Made by a program: the position numbers and the translations under genes. A stretch of DNA of 64,000 nt from Candidatus Norongarragalina meridionalis (GTDB lineage Archaea > Micrarchaeota > Micrarchaeia > Norongarragalinales > Norongarragalinaceae). This document shows positions 1 through 9,600 of the stretch, in pieces (the stretch's first letter is position 1; each line of letters starts with the position of its first letter). Under the pieces are notes generated by a model, which did not search any database, was not told the DNA's origin, and saw only the letters and a program-made list of their open reading frames with translations. The stretch spans positions 3,152 through 67,151 of the forward strand of contig CABMDO010000009.1 in assembly GCA_902384935.1 (NCBI GenBank). The letters are read 5' to 3'.

Positions 1-2
1 TT

Positions 3-473
3 GGATGGCTCGTGCCGTGCGGGAATAACGTCGTCCGCGTAGGATTCGGAACGCAAAAGCACGAAAGAATGAATGAAGGCAAACGGAGAATCGCCAGCAT
101 TACTTCCAATTCCGTCACAAAGTCCAGCAAAAAGCTACGCGAATTCCACGCGCTCATTCCGCTGAAGTGGCGCAGCCAGACTCAGCGCGGCAACGTGATG
201 CTCGTGGGCGACGCAGCCGGGCAGGTAAAGGCGACTACTGGCGGTGGCCTGGTGTTCGGGGGGAACTGCGCCAGAATCCTGGCGGAATCAATAGCCGAAA
301 ACCGCAACTACGAGAAGGAATGGAAGAAGGAATGCCTGCCTACGCTGAAGTTGCATTATCTCGTCCGCCGAAAGCTCGATCTCCTCCCGTCGGGCATTAC
401 TCTCGCCGCCGCAAAACCTTTCGCGTCGTTGGTGTCGCGCTTCGGCGACATGGACAATATAATCAGAGTTTGA
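3..473 (+). CDS. Geranylgeranyl reductase-family FAD oxidoreductase, C-terminal part (5' truncated by the window)
   Basis: Motifs GWLVP and VMLVGDAAGQVKATTGGGLVFG are typical of the GGR family. The frame is open to the window edge. Confidence 0.85.
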   Translation, partial: GWLVPCGNNVVRVGFGTQKHERMNEGKRRIASITSNSVTKSSKKLREFHALIPLKWRSQTQRGNVMLVGDAAGQVKATTGGGLVFGGNCARILAESIAENRNYEKEWKKECLPTLKLHYLVRRKLDLLPSGITLAAAKPFASLVSRFGDMDNIIRV

Positions 474-1269
474 CTTTCGTCTGCTTTCTTTTCGTGAACG
501 ACAGCGCGTTCTTGAACCCTTCCTTCTTCGCGAGCGCCATCCCGTCGGCGATTACGTTGCCCACGTCCTCGGGCTTGTGCGAGTCCGAGCCGAAAACGAG
601 CGAGTCGAATCCCAATGCTTTTGCTTCCCTGAGCCACGGCAGGGGAGTAAGCCCCTCCGCCAACCCTTTCGGATTAGTATTGAGTTCCAGCGCGATTTTG
701 TTCTCCTTCGCGGCTTCCAGGGCGCGCACCGCCGACTCGCGCCATTCCGGGAAATCGAACGGAGGCGAATAGCGCCTTATGACGTCAAGATGCGCGAGGC
801 AGTCGAACAAACCGGTTTCCGCCGCCTTCGCCACCTCCGCGAAATAGTTGGCGTACGTTTCCTCGAGAGTATGCTCCGCAAGGTAAAGCGGCAGTTTTTT
901 CCTGGAAGTGATGCACATGTTTCCGAGCAGGTGGACCGAACCGAGCGAGTAATCCAGCGGATATTCCTTCAGAACGCGCTCTACATCCCGCTCGACGTCG
1001 CGGCGATAGTCGAACTCCAAGCCGATTCTGAGAAAAGGGAACTCGTCGTGCGTCTCCTCGTACTCTTCCATCATGTCGTCCATCGTTCCGCGGAAAAGCC
1101 CGTAGGTGGCGGGACCGTCGAAGTAGTTCATGTGCACGCCGTCGTAGAAGCAGAAATGGTTCGTGACGCAGATTTCCTTCAGTTTCTTTTTCTTGGCGGC
1201 GACGCAGTAATCCCGCATCGTGCCGTGCCCGTCCTGCGAGTAATCCGAATGGAAGTGGTAGTCGAACAA
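463..1269 (-). CDS. PHP-family histidinol-phosphatase (HisJ/HisK-like)
   Basis: DYHFHSDYSQDG, TNH, GLEFD, GSVH, AHLD, GSDSH motifs. TTG start at 1269 chosen because GGAGTGA lies just upstream. Confidence 0.85.
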   Translation of the reverse strand: MFDYHFHSDYSQDGHGTMRDYCVAAKKKKLKEICVTNHFCFYDGVHMNYFDGPATYGLFRGTMDDMMEEYEETHDEFPFLRIGLEFDYRRDVERDVERVLKEYPLDYSLGSVHLLGNMCITSRKKLPLYLAEHTLEETYANYFAEVAKAAETGLFDCLAHLDVIRRYSPPFDFPEWRESAVRALEAAKENKIALELNTNPKGLAEGLTPLPWLREAKALGFDSLVFGSDSHKPEDVGNVIADGMALAKKEGFKNALSFTKRKQTKVKL

Positions 1270-1276
1270 TCTACAA

Positions 1277-2488
1277 TCACTCCGCGAAAAGCGTCCTGTC
1301 AACAGCTTTCTTTACCTTGACGGGGTCGTAGGCGAGCTTTAGAAGCGTGGTGTGCCCGCGGACTCCCTTTCCGGAATCCACCCCGAGCACGAGCCCGAGG
1401 TTTTCCAGCTCCGAAAGGTACTCGCGGAACCATCTCGAGGTTCTCGGCTCCTTTCCGAGCTTCCTGCACAGCTGCGCGTACTTCTCGTAAACCTAGCCGC
1501 TGAAATATAGCTGCTCGCCGTTCTCCTCCACCAGCTTTTTGTAGCTGACGTTGCCCATGGTTGCGAGCGTGTACAAAAGCAGCTGTTGATGCTCCGGCAA
1601 AGTGCTGATGATGTCGAACGCCTTGTCCTCGTCAACGGCTCGGCGTGAATCCTCGACTTCCTTGTCGGAAACTTTCTTCGAGGCACGTTTTTCAGCGAGC
1701 TCGCCCGCACGGAGAAGTAATGCCAGCGCGTATCTTGCATCCCCATTTTCTCCCGCTGCGATGGCGGCGCTTAGATTAATCGCGCTCTCCGATACCACGC
1801 CATCATTAAATGCCTGCTTCGCCCTCTGTTTGAGAATTCCCTGCAGCTGCATCGCGTCGTACGGCTTGAACACCATCTCGTCCTCGCACAGCGAGGAGCG
1901 AGAGCGGGCTTCGAGCTTCTGCTTCAAATCAACCTTGTTGCTGATGCCTATGAGCGAGACGCTGCCTTCCTTCAGGTCGTCGTTGGCGCGCGAAAGGGTG
2001 TAAATGAGGGAGTCCAAATCGCCGACAACGTCCACTTCGTCAAGGACGAACACTACGCGCTTTCCCTTCACGCCGTCGCCCAACCCGTCCTGAACCCAGT
2101 CGAGGAACTTATCGTAGAGAACGACGAATGAATGTCCCGTTTTCGCGAAATCCGGCTGGAAGTCGGAAATGCACTTCTGGAGCACTTTGTAGCGCGTGTC
2201 GTAGATTCTGCAGTTCAGATAAACGGTTTTGATGCGCTCGTTCTTCTGCTCGTCCAGCTTTTTGAGAACGGAGCGCGTGGTGGCGGTCTTTCCCGTGCCG
2301 GTTTTTCCGTAAATGAAAACGTTCTTCGCCTTCTGGTTTCTTAGAACTGGCGCGAGCGCGCCCATCAGTCCGCGCGTTTCCTCTTCCCTGAAAAGAAGGG
2401 TTTCGGGCACGAACGTAGGGGAGAGGATATCCTTGTTGCGGAATATGGCGCCCGCGCCCGCGAATTCGTCAAAACTAGGACCTCCCAC
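1277..2488 (-). CDS. cdc6: Cdc6/Orc1 replication initiator, interrupted by an in-frame TAG at 1493-1495
   Basis: Walker A GKTGTGKT, Walker B VLDEVD, sensor GDARYAL. The frame continues after the TAG with winged-helix sequence (VYEKY...RWFREYLSELENLGLV...SGKGVRGHT) to TGA at 1277. Confidence 0.9.
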
Positions 2489-2551
2489 TCAAACCCACCG
2501 CAATCCTTTCGGAAACGGGATTTTAATGCCTTCCGCCCACATATTTGCGTT

Positions 2552-3265
2552 ATGAAGCGCGCGCTTATTCCCGAAGCGATGAAGACGGGCGCACCGTTCT
2601 ACGAGCAGGCGGTAATAGAGCCGGTGTTCGGCTGCCCTCACGCCGAGGTATGCGGGCATTGCGGGCTCGGCAACATGGCCGAGGAGATGCGCTTCATGCG
2701 GCTTGCGACGCTGCGCTCGCGCCTTAACGCGCTCGACAAGCACGGCTTCGCGCCGAAGCAGATTTTCTTCTGCCTAGGCGAAACCGCCGCGCATCCGCGG
2801 CTGCACGAGATAACCGCGGAACTGCGAAAACGCTACAAGCCCGAAATCGAACTGTACTGGTCGCTCGCAGGCGTGGAAAACCGCAAGACGCTGATAAAGC
2901 GCACAAAGGGAATCAGCAACATCGCGATTTCCTTTTCCGACGACCTCCTGAAGTCGTTCATGCGGGGCAGGAACGAAACGGAAGCGCGGGAAGAGATGAT
3001 GCGGCGAATCGGCTGGGCCGCCGACGCCGCCAAGGCGAACGGCTTCGGGATAAAATTCGACGTAGTCTACGGCAGCGATGCGGAACGCAGCCGCTGGACC
3101 GAGTTCATGGACAACGCCATAAGCAGGTTCGGAATCCGCGACGCGGAAGTGAGGAACCAGCAGCCCCTCCAGCCGCGCGGATTCGAGCAGGGCGAGATGA
3201 TAGTCTTCGGGCCGAAGATACTCCACGACGGTTCCGTCGTGCTCCGCTACCCGAAGAAACGCTGA
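2552..3265 (+). CDS. Hypothetical protein, divergent radical-SAM-like
   Basis: CPHAEVCGHC (CX5CX2C) followed by IFFCLGE (GGE-like) and H. Divergent from cdc6. Confidence 0.5.
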   Translation: MKRALIPEAMKTGAPFYEQAVIEPVFGCPHAEVCGHCGLGNMAEEMRFMRLATLRSRLNALDKHGFAPKQIFFCLGETAAHPRLHEITAELRKRYKPEIELYWSLAGVENRKTLIKRTKGISNIAISFSDDLLKSFMRGRNETEAREEMMRRIGWAADAAKANGFGIKFDVVYGSDAERSRWTEFMDNAISRFGIRDAEVRNQQPLQPRGFEQGEMIVFGPKILHDGSVVLRYPKKR

Positions 3266-3317
3266 ACTCGGCGGTTATTTAAAAGCAAGAAGCGTAATAG
3301 GTGCGGTGGGATAGGAT

Positions 3318-3947
3318 ATGACGACGCTCGGTTCCTTAAAGGCTAAAATCACGAGGCTAGAGGGGGAAATGGACACTTACCAGATTACGAAGCTGGAAGA
3401 GACGATGGGCAAAATCGTCAAAACCCTCGCGGAAAAAGAGGCGCGGATGGACCGCGTCATCCAACTGAACAGGGCGATAGTCAGGGATTGCGCCCGCGCG
3501 ATAAAGGAAATCCACAACGGCGACATGAAGGAATGCGAGAAAATCGTCGCCCTGCTGGACGTGAAGATAAAGTCGCTTACGAGGGACGCCGAAGGTTTCG
3601 AAGGCATCGCTTCCGCCTGCTGGCAGGAATATACGGAAATCAAATGCCTGCTCGCGGTGTCGCAGAAGAAGGAGATGCCCGATTACGAGGAGCTCGGCGT
3701 GCCTTATCTGGAATACCTTACGGGGTTGTGCGACTGCGTCGGCGAACTGCGCAGGATGATGCAAACTGCGCTGATGAAGGACAAGCCGAAGGACGCGGAA
3801 TACTATTTCAACAAGATGAACGAGATTTACGACAACGTGATGACGATAAAGTACTCGGGCTCGCTCATCGGGAGCCTTAAGCGGAAGCAGGACGTCGCCC
3901 GCTCGCAGGTGGAGCAGGCGCGCAGCGAGATGTTGAGGCATGCTTGA
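3318..3947 (+). CDS. Translin/Trax family protein
   Basis: QEYTE and YLTGLCDCVGELRR motifs, C-terminal LKRKQDVAR. Confidence 0.85.
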   Translation: MTTLGSLKAKITRLEGEMDTYQITKLEETMGKIVKTLAEKEARMDRVIQLNRAIVRDCARAIKEIHNGDMKECEKIVALLDVKIKSLTRDAEGFEGIASACWQEYTEIKCLLAVSQKKEMPDYEELGVPYLEYLTGLCDCVGELRRMMQTALMKDKPKDAEYYFNKMNEIYDNVMTIKYSGSLIGSLKRKQDVARSQVEQARSEMLRHA

Positions 3948-5217
3948 CCTGAAGTGGGTTCGCGAGAACCCCGACGTTGTTCGGAAGGACTTGAAGCGCA
4001 GGCGAATGACTACCGAACTGCTTGACGACCTCCTCACTGCCGACTTGGAATACCGCCGCCTCAAGCAGGAAGTGGACAACCTCCGCGCCGAACGCAACCG
4101 TCTTACCGAACAGGTCCGCACCCTCAAGAAAGAGGGAAAGAATGCCGACGCCGAGCTGAAGAAAGCGGCGGGCATTCCCGACATGATTAAGACGACGGAA
4201 GAAACCGCCGACAGGGAACTCAATCGCGTCAAATATTCGCTGATGCGCCTGCCGAACATCCTCCACGAGTCCGTGCCCGACGGAAAGGACGACACGGAAA
4301 ACAAGGAGTTGCGCAAGTGGGGCACGCCGAAAACCCCTTCATTCAACCTCCGCACGCACGAGGAAATCGCCGAGAAAATGGGCGGAGCGGATTTTGAGCG
4401 CGGGGCGAAGATATCCGGCGCGGGATTCTGCTTCATCAAGGGCAATCTCGCCCTGATGGACATCGCATTGCAGCGCTTCGCGATTGACTCGCTGATGAAG
4501 AAGGGCTTCACGCTCCTGGAACCGCCGCTCATGATGCGCCGCGACTCATATGAAGGAGTAACCGACTTGGCGGACTTCGAGAACGTGATGTACGGAATAA
4601 AGGACGACGATTCCTATCTCATAGCAACCAGCGAGCATCCAATCGCGGCGATGCACCGCGACGAAGTCCTCGAAGAGCTTCCGCTTCTTTATGCCGGCGT
4701 GAGTCCGTGCTTCCGCCGCGAGATAGGAGCGCACGGCGTCGACACTAAGGGCTTATTCCGCATGCACCAATTCCAGAAAGTGGAGCAGTTCGTCTTCTGC
4801 GCTCCCGAAGAGTCCTGGGAATGGCATGAAAAGCTCCTGAAGAACGCCGAGGAAATCTGGCAGGCGCTCGGAATCCCGTACAGCGTCGTAGCCGTTTGCA
4901 CAGGGGACATGGGCACCGTTGCGGCTAAGAAGTACGACATCGAAGCGTGGATGCCCCGCGAAGGAAAGTACAAGGAAGTGGTTTCCTGCAGCAACTGCAC
5001 CTCTTACCAGGCGGTTCGGCTGAACATCAAGCGCCGCATAGGCAAGCAGGGCGCGCTTGACGAGAAAAAGGAGTGGCTGCACACGCTGAACAGCACCGCC
5101 ATCGCCACGTCCCGCGCGTTGCGCGCTATCTTGGAAAACAACCAGCATGAGGATGGAAGCGTGGAAATACCCAAGGTGCTCCGTCCCTACATGAATAATA
5201 TGACGGAGCTGCGCTGA
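3940..5217 (+). CDS. serS: Seryl-tRNA synthetase
   Basis: MLDLKWVRENPD N-terminus, LIATSEHP, FRREIGAHGVDTKGLFRMHQF, EVVSCSNCT, HTLNST. Confidence 0.98.
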   Translation: MLDLKWVRENPDVVRKDLKRRRMTTELLDDLLTADLEYRRLKQEVDNLRAERNRLTEQVRTLKKEGKNADAELKKAAGIPDMIKTTEETADRELNRVKYSLMRLPNILHESVPDGKDDTENKELRKWGTPKTPSFNLRTHEEIAEKMGGADFERGAKISGAGFCFIKGNLALMDIALQRFAIDSLMKKGFTLLEPPLMMRRDSYEGVTDLADFENVMYGIKDDDSYLIATSEHPIAAMHRDEVLEELPLLYAGVSPCFRREIGAHGVDTKGLFRMHQFQKVEQFVFCAPEESWEWHEKLLKNAEEIWQALGIPYSVVAVCTGDMGTVAAKKYDIEAWMPREGKYKEVVSCSNCTSYQAVRLNIKRRIGKQGALDEKKEWLHTLNSTAIATSRALRAILENNQHEDGSVEIPKVLRPYMNNMTELR

Positions 5218-5218
5218 G

Positions 5219-6355
5219 ATGCGCATCGGCTTTTTCACGGACACCTTTTCGCCGAACATCGACGGCGTAGTCACGTCCATACTCGCGCATCGCGCCGCCC
5301 TGAAAAAGAAAGGGAATCACGTCATCATCTTCACGACGTCAAGCGGCATGATAACGAGCAAACCCGACGGAGACGGCGTGCATTACCATCGCGCGCTTCC
5401 TTTCCCTCTTTACCCGCAATACAAGATTGCGTTCTTCCCTTACATCTCCGCCATCGAGGAGGTGAGGCGGGAAAGATTGCAGCTCATCCACGCCCACACT
5501 CCCGCGGGAATGGGATTCGCGGCTCTTGCCTGCAGCAAGACGCTCGGCATTCCCGCGGTTGCAACGTTCCACACCCTAATCCCGCAAGGCGCGAGTTACG
5601 TCACAACTCAAAAACAACTCCAAAGGGCGGTTTCGGCAATGGCGTGGAGGGCGAGCACGGAGTTTTACAAGCGCTTCGACTTGGTAATATCGCCTTCCGA
5701 AACAATCAGGCGCGAACTCGCCAAGCACGGCGTGAAGAGCGTTGTTGTTCCGAACTCCGTAGACCTCGGAACGTACAAGCCGAAGAGCAGGAAGGCGGCG
5801 AGAAAGAAGCTGCACCTTCCTTCCAATCGTCACATTGTTCTCGTTGCGGGTAGGCTCGGTTTCGAGAAGAATGTCGACGTGATTATTCGTGCCGCAAAGC
5901 AAATCCCGGACGTTCTTCTCCTCATTACTGGAGACGGCCCCGCAAGAAAGTCATGCGAAGCCCTCGCGAAAAAGCTCGGCATCGACGCCCAGTTCCGCGG
6001 ATTCGTGCCGAAAGCCGACTTGCCATATTACTACTCAGCAGCCGACGTATTCGTTACCGCCTCCACCTTCGAAACCCAGTGCCTCACTCTTCTAGAAGCC
6101 ATGGCTTGCGGCACTCCGGTAGTGGGCGCCGCCGCGTTTGCGATACCCGAAGCTGTTCAAGAAGGCAGGAATGGCTTCCTGTTCAAGGCGGGGGACGCGA
6201 GCGACTGCGCGAGGGCGATTGAACGCGCCTTGGGCGCGCCTGCTTCCGAGAAACGCAGGCTCTCCGCCAACGCTAGGAAAACCGCTTCCAAATACTCAAT
6301 CGCTAGAAGCGTTTCAGCGCTGCTTTCCGCTTACAAAAAGGTGTTGAAGAAATGA
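5219..6355 (+). CDS. GT4 family glycosyltransferase
   Basis: FTDTFSPNIDGV, IHAHTP, GRLGFEKN, ETQCLTLLEAMACG (EX7E). Confidence 0.92.
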   Translation: MRIGFFTDTFSPNIDGVVTSILAHRAALKKKGNHVIIFTTSSGMITSKPDGDGVHYHRALPFPLYPQYKIAFFPYISAIEEVRRERLQLIHAHTPAGMGFAALACSKTLGIPAVATFHTLIPQGASYVTTQKQLQRAVSAMAWRASTEFYKRFDLVISPSETIRRELAKHGVKSVVVPNSVDLGTYKPKSRKAARKKLHLPSNRHIVLVAGRLGFEKNVDVIIRAAKQIPDVLLLITGDGPARKSCEALAKKLGIDAQFRGFVPKADLPYYYSAADVFVTASTFETQCLTLLEAMACGTPVVGAAAFAIPEAVQEGRNGFLFKAGDASDCARAIERALGAPASEKRRLSANARKTASKYSIARSVSALLSAYKKVLKK

Positions 6356-7260
6356 ACGTCAAGGACATCACGATAAAAAAAGGGATGAAAGTAAATGAGC
6401 TGGCTGAGCAGTTTTCCACCACCGGCTTTCAAGCCTCCGAGTTTTCGCGGGCAGTCGAAGTAATGGACGCCATGCGTTCCGACAAGCAGTGCCTCCGCAT
6501 CTTCGCTTTCACCGCCAACATGGTTGCTTCCGGGCTTAGGGGCGTCTTCGCCCAGTACATCCGAGAAGGAAACGTCGACGCGGTCATTACTACGGGTGGC
6601 TCAATCGACCACGACTTGATACGCGCCTACGCGCCCTACGAGATGGGCTCCTTCGCAGCCGACGACATTGCCCTCCACAAGAAGGGAATCAACAGAATCG
6701 GCAACATCCTTGTTCCCAATGCCCGCTACGAGCTTTTGGAAAAGAAGGTGCAACCCGTCTTCAAGAAAATGCACGAAAAACAGCACATCATTACTCCCAG
6801 CAGCCTCGTCACGGAGCTCACCGCCGGCATCAAGGACAAGAACTCCATAATGAAAGCCTGCCTCGAGCGTCACGTTCCCATTTACTCCCCGAACATCCTC
6901 GATTCGGCGCTAGGATTGCAGCTTTACTTCTTCAAGCAGGACCACGCGGGCTTCGTGCTGGACGAGCTGAAGGACATGCGAACCCTCGGAAACTCCATCA
7001 TCACCGCCAAACGCACCGGCGCGGTTATTCTCGGCGGGGGTACCGCCAAGCACTTTACAATCGCCTCCAACATCCTGCGCGGAGGGTTGGATTACGCGGC
7101 CTACTTCACAACTGCGCAGGAATACGACGGCTCTCTGTCGGGAGCGAGGGTTCAGGAAGCCAAGTCGTGGGGAAAAGTCGGAGAGAAAGCCCGCTCCGCC
7201 TGCGTTTACGGCGACGCCACGATTACTTTCCCGCTAGCAGTAGCATCCCTAGAGATTTAG
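6352..7260 (+). CDS. dys: Deoxyhypusine synthase
   Basis: TANMVASGLR, INRIGNI, LGGGTAKH, YDGSLSGA, EAKSWGK, DATITFP. Confidence 0.95.
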   Translation: MNVKDITIKKGMKVNELAEQFSTTGFQASEFSRAVEVMDAMRSDKQCLRIFAFTANMVASGLRGVFAQYIREGNVDAVITTGGSIDHDLIRAYAPYEMGSFAADDIALHKKGINRIGNILVPNARYELLEKKVQPVFKKMHEKQHIITPSSLVTELTAGIKDKNSIMKACLERHVPIYSPNILDSALGLQLYFFKQDHAGFVLDELKDMRTLGNSIITAKRTGAVILGGGTAKHFTIASNILRGGLDYAAYFTTAQEYDGSLSGARVQEAKSWGKVGEKARSACVYGDATITFPLAVASLEI

Positions 7261-7269
7261 TGAGAAGGT

Positions 7270-7863
7270 ATGAGCGAAAATAAACCGACATCAATCGAAG
7301 AAGCCATTGCATGGCTGGACGATAGGGTTGTCAAAAGCGACACTAAAGACCCTCTTGAAAAAAGACTTAATGTTTTTTGGGATGATTTACAAAAAGAACT
7401 TAAGGAAACCGAACGCGGGTCTGCGGGCAATAGAAAATTTATAGAAAAACCGTTCCAAAAATCACTTTGTAAACTGCTAAGTAACGATGGAAAAAATATA
7501 GCAGAAGGACAAGCTGAACTTAAATTAAGAGAAGATATGCCTACTAATTTTAAAAAAAATATAGACATCTTGTTCAAATGCGACAGAAAAACAATTTTCT
7601 TAGAAATTAAGACTGCATTAACCGACAATGCATTCGGCGGAGCGTTTTTAGAATCAGTATTAAGGAGAGAAAAGAACCATGAATTTTGGGTTGTTTGTTT
7701 ATGGCATGCTGGAAAGGGCGGAATAGGTCGTTTCAAAAAATTGCGCGAGTTATCGGAAATTAGAGAAAACGTCAGCGGCGTCGTTTCATTCGATCCTCAG
7801 TATAACGAAGATGTCGATAGCGCAAAAGAGTTTTTGAGACATATAGACGGGATGGGAAGCTAG
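7270..7863 (+). CDS. Hypothetical AT-rich protein, putative PD-(D/E)xK nuclease
   Basis: NIDILF...IFLEIKT motif. Markedly lower GC than its neighbours. Confidence 0.5.
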   Translation: MSENKPTSIEEAIAWLDDRVVKSDTKDPLEKRLNVFWDDLQKELKETERGSAGNRKFIEKPFQKSLCKLLSNDGKNIAEGQAELKLREDMPTNFKKNIDILFKCDRKTIFLEIKTALTDNAFGGAFLESVLRREKNHEFWVVCLWHAGKGGIGRFKKLRELSEIRENVSGVVSFDPQYNEDVDSAKEFLRHIDGMGS

Positions 7864-7864
7864 A

Positions 7865-9124
7865 ATGCGTTATTTCGCCGACCTCCACATCCATTCGAAG
7901 TATTCTCGCGCAGTTTCTCCCCTGATGGACCTTCCTCACCTCGCCGAGGGAGCGAAGCGCAAGGGGTTGCAGATTCTGGGAACTGGAGATTTCACCCATC
8001 CGTTGTGGTTCAAGCACCTCAAAGCAACCTTGCAGAACGAGAGTAATGAAGGCAGCGGGCTTTTCGCTTACCGAGACGTCCGTTTCATGCTTACCGCCGA
8101 GGTTGCCACCTTCAAGAGCACGCCGAAAGGCGTCAAGAAGGTGCATCACGTAATACACGCCCCTTCCTTCGAGGTGGTGGAACAGCTCAACGACGTTTAC
8201 GGAAAAATGGGCTCGCTCGAGGCGGACGGCAGGCCGATGTTCGGGAATTGTTCGCCAGCGGAATTAATGGAGAAAACGCACGAGGTTTCCCCCGACGCCG
8301 TCCTTATTCCCGCCCACGCCTGGACCCCTTGGTTCGGAATCTTCGGCAGTATGAGCGGTTACAACTCAATAGAGGAAGGCTACGAGGAGCAGGCGAAGCA
8401 CATCATCGCCTTGGAGACTGGGATGAGCAGCGATCCGGCTATGAATTGGCGCCTCTCAAAGCTTGATAAATACGCCTTAATGTCGAATAGTGATTCTCAT
8501 TCGCCATACCCATGGCGATTGGGAAGGGAGTGCAATGTGTTTGATTTCGGGAGTAATGGGGAAGCGTCGTTTTCTTCCATCTTCTCCGCAGTTAAAAACC
8601 ACGACAAGCGCCACTTCCTCTTCACGGTTGAAGTCGACCCCGCTTACGGAAAATACCACTACGACGGCCACCGCCTATGCAATTTCTCCGCGTCGCCGGA
8701 AGAAACAAGGAAGCTGAAGAGCGTCTGCCCCGTTTGCCACCGCCACCTCACGATAGGTGTGGAAAACAGGGTGGAAGAGCTTGCCGACCGCCCGCTTGGC
8801 TTCGTTCCCGAAAACGCCATTCCTTTCAAGAAAGTTCTCCCGCTTCACGAGCTAGTAGCAGCCTACCGCAAGAGTTCCCTTTCCTCGAAGAGAGTAATGG
8901 AGGAAGCCGACAGCCTCATTACTTCCGTCGGCAGCGAACTCAGCGTCCTTCTGGACACCCCGGAGCCGCAGCTCCGCAAGCATGCTGACGAGGGCCTCGT
9001 TGCCGTCATCATGCGCAACAGGGAAGGCGCCCTCAAAGTCAAGCCAGGTTACGACGGCGAATACGGCGTCCTACAGCTAAACGCCGCCACGAAGCTGGGG
9101 CAGACGACGTTGGGGGCGTACTAG
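7865..9124 (+). CDS. Endonuclease Q family PHP-domain protein
   Basis: ADLHIHSKYSRA, GTGDFTHP, PAHAWTPWFG, SNSDSHS, GKYHYDGH, CPVC zinc ribbon, PGYDGEYG. Confidence 0.9.
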   Translation: MRYFADLHIHSKYSRAVSPLMDLPHLAEGAKRKGLQILGTGDFTHPLWFKHLKATLQNESNEGSGLFAYRDVRFMLTAEVATFKSTPKGVKKVHHVIHAPSFEVVEQLNDVYGKMGSLEADGRPMFGNCSPAELMEKTHEVSPDAVLIPAHAWTPWFGIFGSMSGYNSIEEGYEEQAKHIIALETGMSSDPAMNWRLSKLDKYALMSNSDSHSPYPWRLGRECNVFDFGSNGEASFSSIFSAVKNHDKRHFLFTVEVDPAYGKYHYDGHRLCNFSASPEETRKLKSVCPVCHRHLTIGVENRVEELADRPLGFVPENAIPFKKVLPLHELVAAYRKSSLSSKRVMEEADSLITSVGSELSVLLDTPEPQLRKHADEGLVAVIMRNREGALKVKPGYDGEYGVLQLNAATKLGQTTLGAY

Positions 9125-9201
9125 AGCGGACACTGGAAGGCAGGGGCCGCGTTTTCTTTTTAAAGCGAAGTTTTTTCAAGTACAATAAGAATGAATAGGT
9201 C

Positions 9202-9600
9202 GTGGCCGACGTATTCGACAGTAAAAAACGAAGCGAAATAATGTCGAAAATAAAAGGGAAGGGAACCAAACCAGAAAAGGTTTTGAAAAAAATATTGAAT
9301 AAGGCGAGAATTGGTTTCCGAACATATGCCGATGCTCCAGGCAAACCAGATTTCGTCCTTACAAAGAAAAAAATCGCGATTTTCGTCGATGGAAAGTTCT
9401 GGCACGGATACAGATTCGCAACGTGGAAAAACAAGCTTACTCCGTTTTGGTTGGACAAGATAACCGAAAACATGCGTCGCGACAAAAAAAATGACAGATT
9501 GCTTAGGAAAATGGGTTGGGAAGTACTGCGTTTCTGGGATTTCGAAATAATGAAAAATCCAGAAAAGTGCATCGGGAAGATAAAAAGGACGTTGAAATGA
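9202..9600 (+). CDS. vsr: Very-short-patch repair endonuclease
   Basis: DVFDSKKRSEIMSKIK, PGKPD, IFVDGKFWHG, GWEVLRFW. Confidence 0.93.
   Translation: MADVFDSKKRSEIMSKIKGKGTKPEKVLKKILNKARIGFRTYADAPGKPDFVLTKKKIAIFVDGKFWHGYRFATWKNKLTPFWLDKITENMRRDKKNDRLLRKMGWEVLRFWDFEIMKNPEKCIGKIKRTLK

Noticed and set aside
2489-2551. Replication origin (ORB repeats) next to cdc6
   Set aside because: The intergenic region is only about 60 bp, with one weak GGAAAC-like match and no repeated ORBs or AT-rich unwinding element. The second cdc6 is also tightly flanked.
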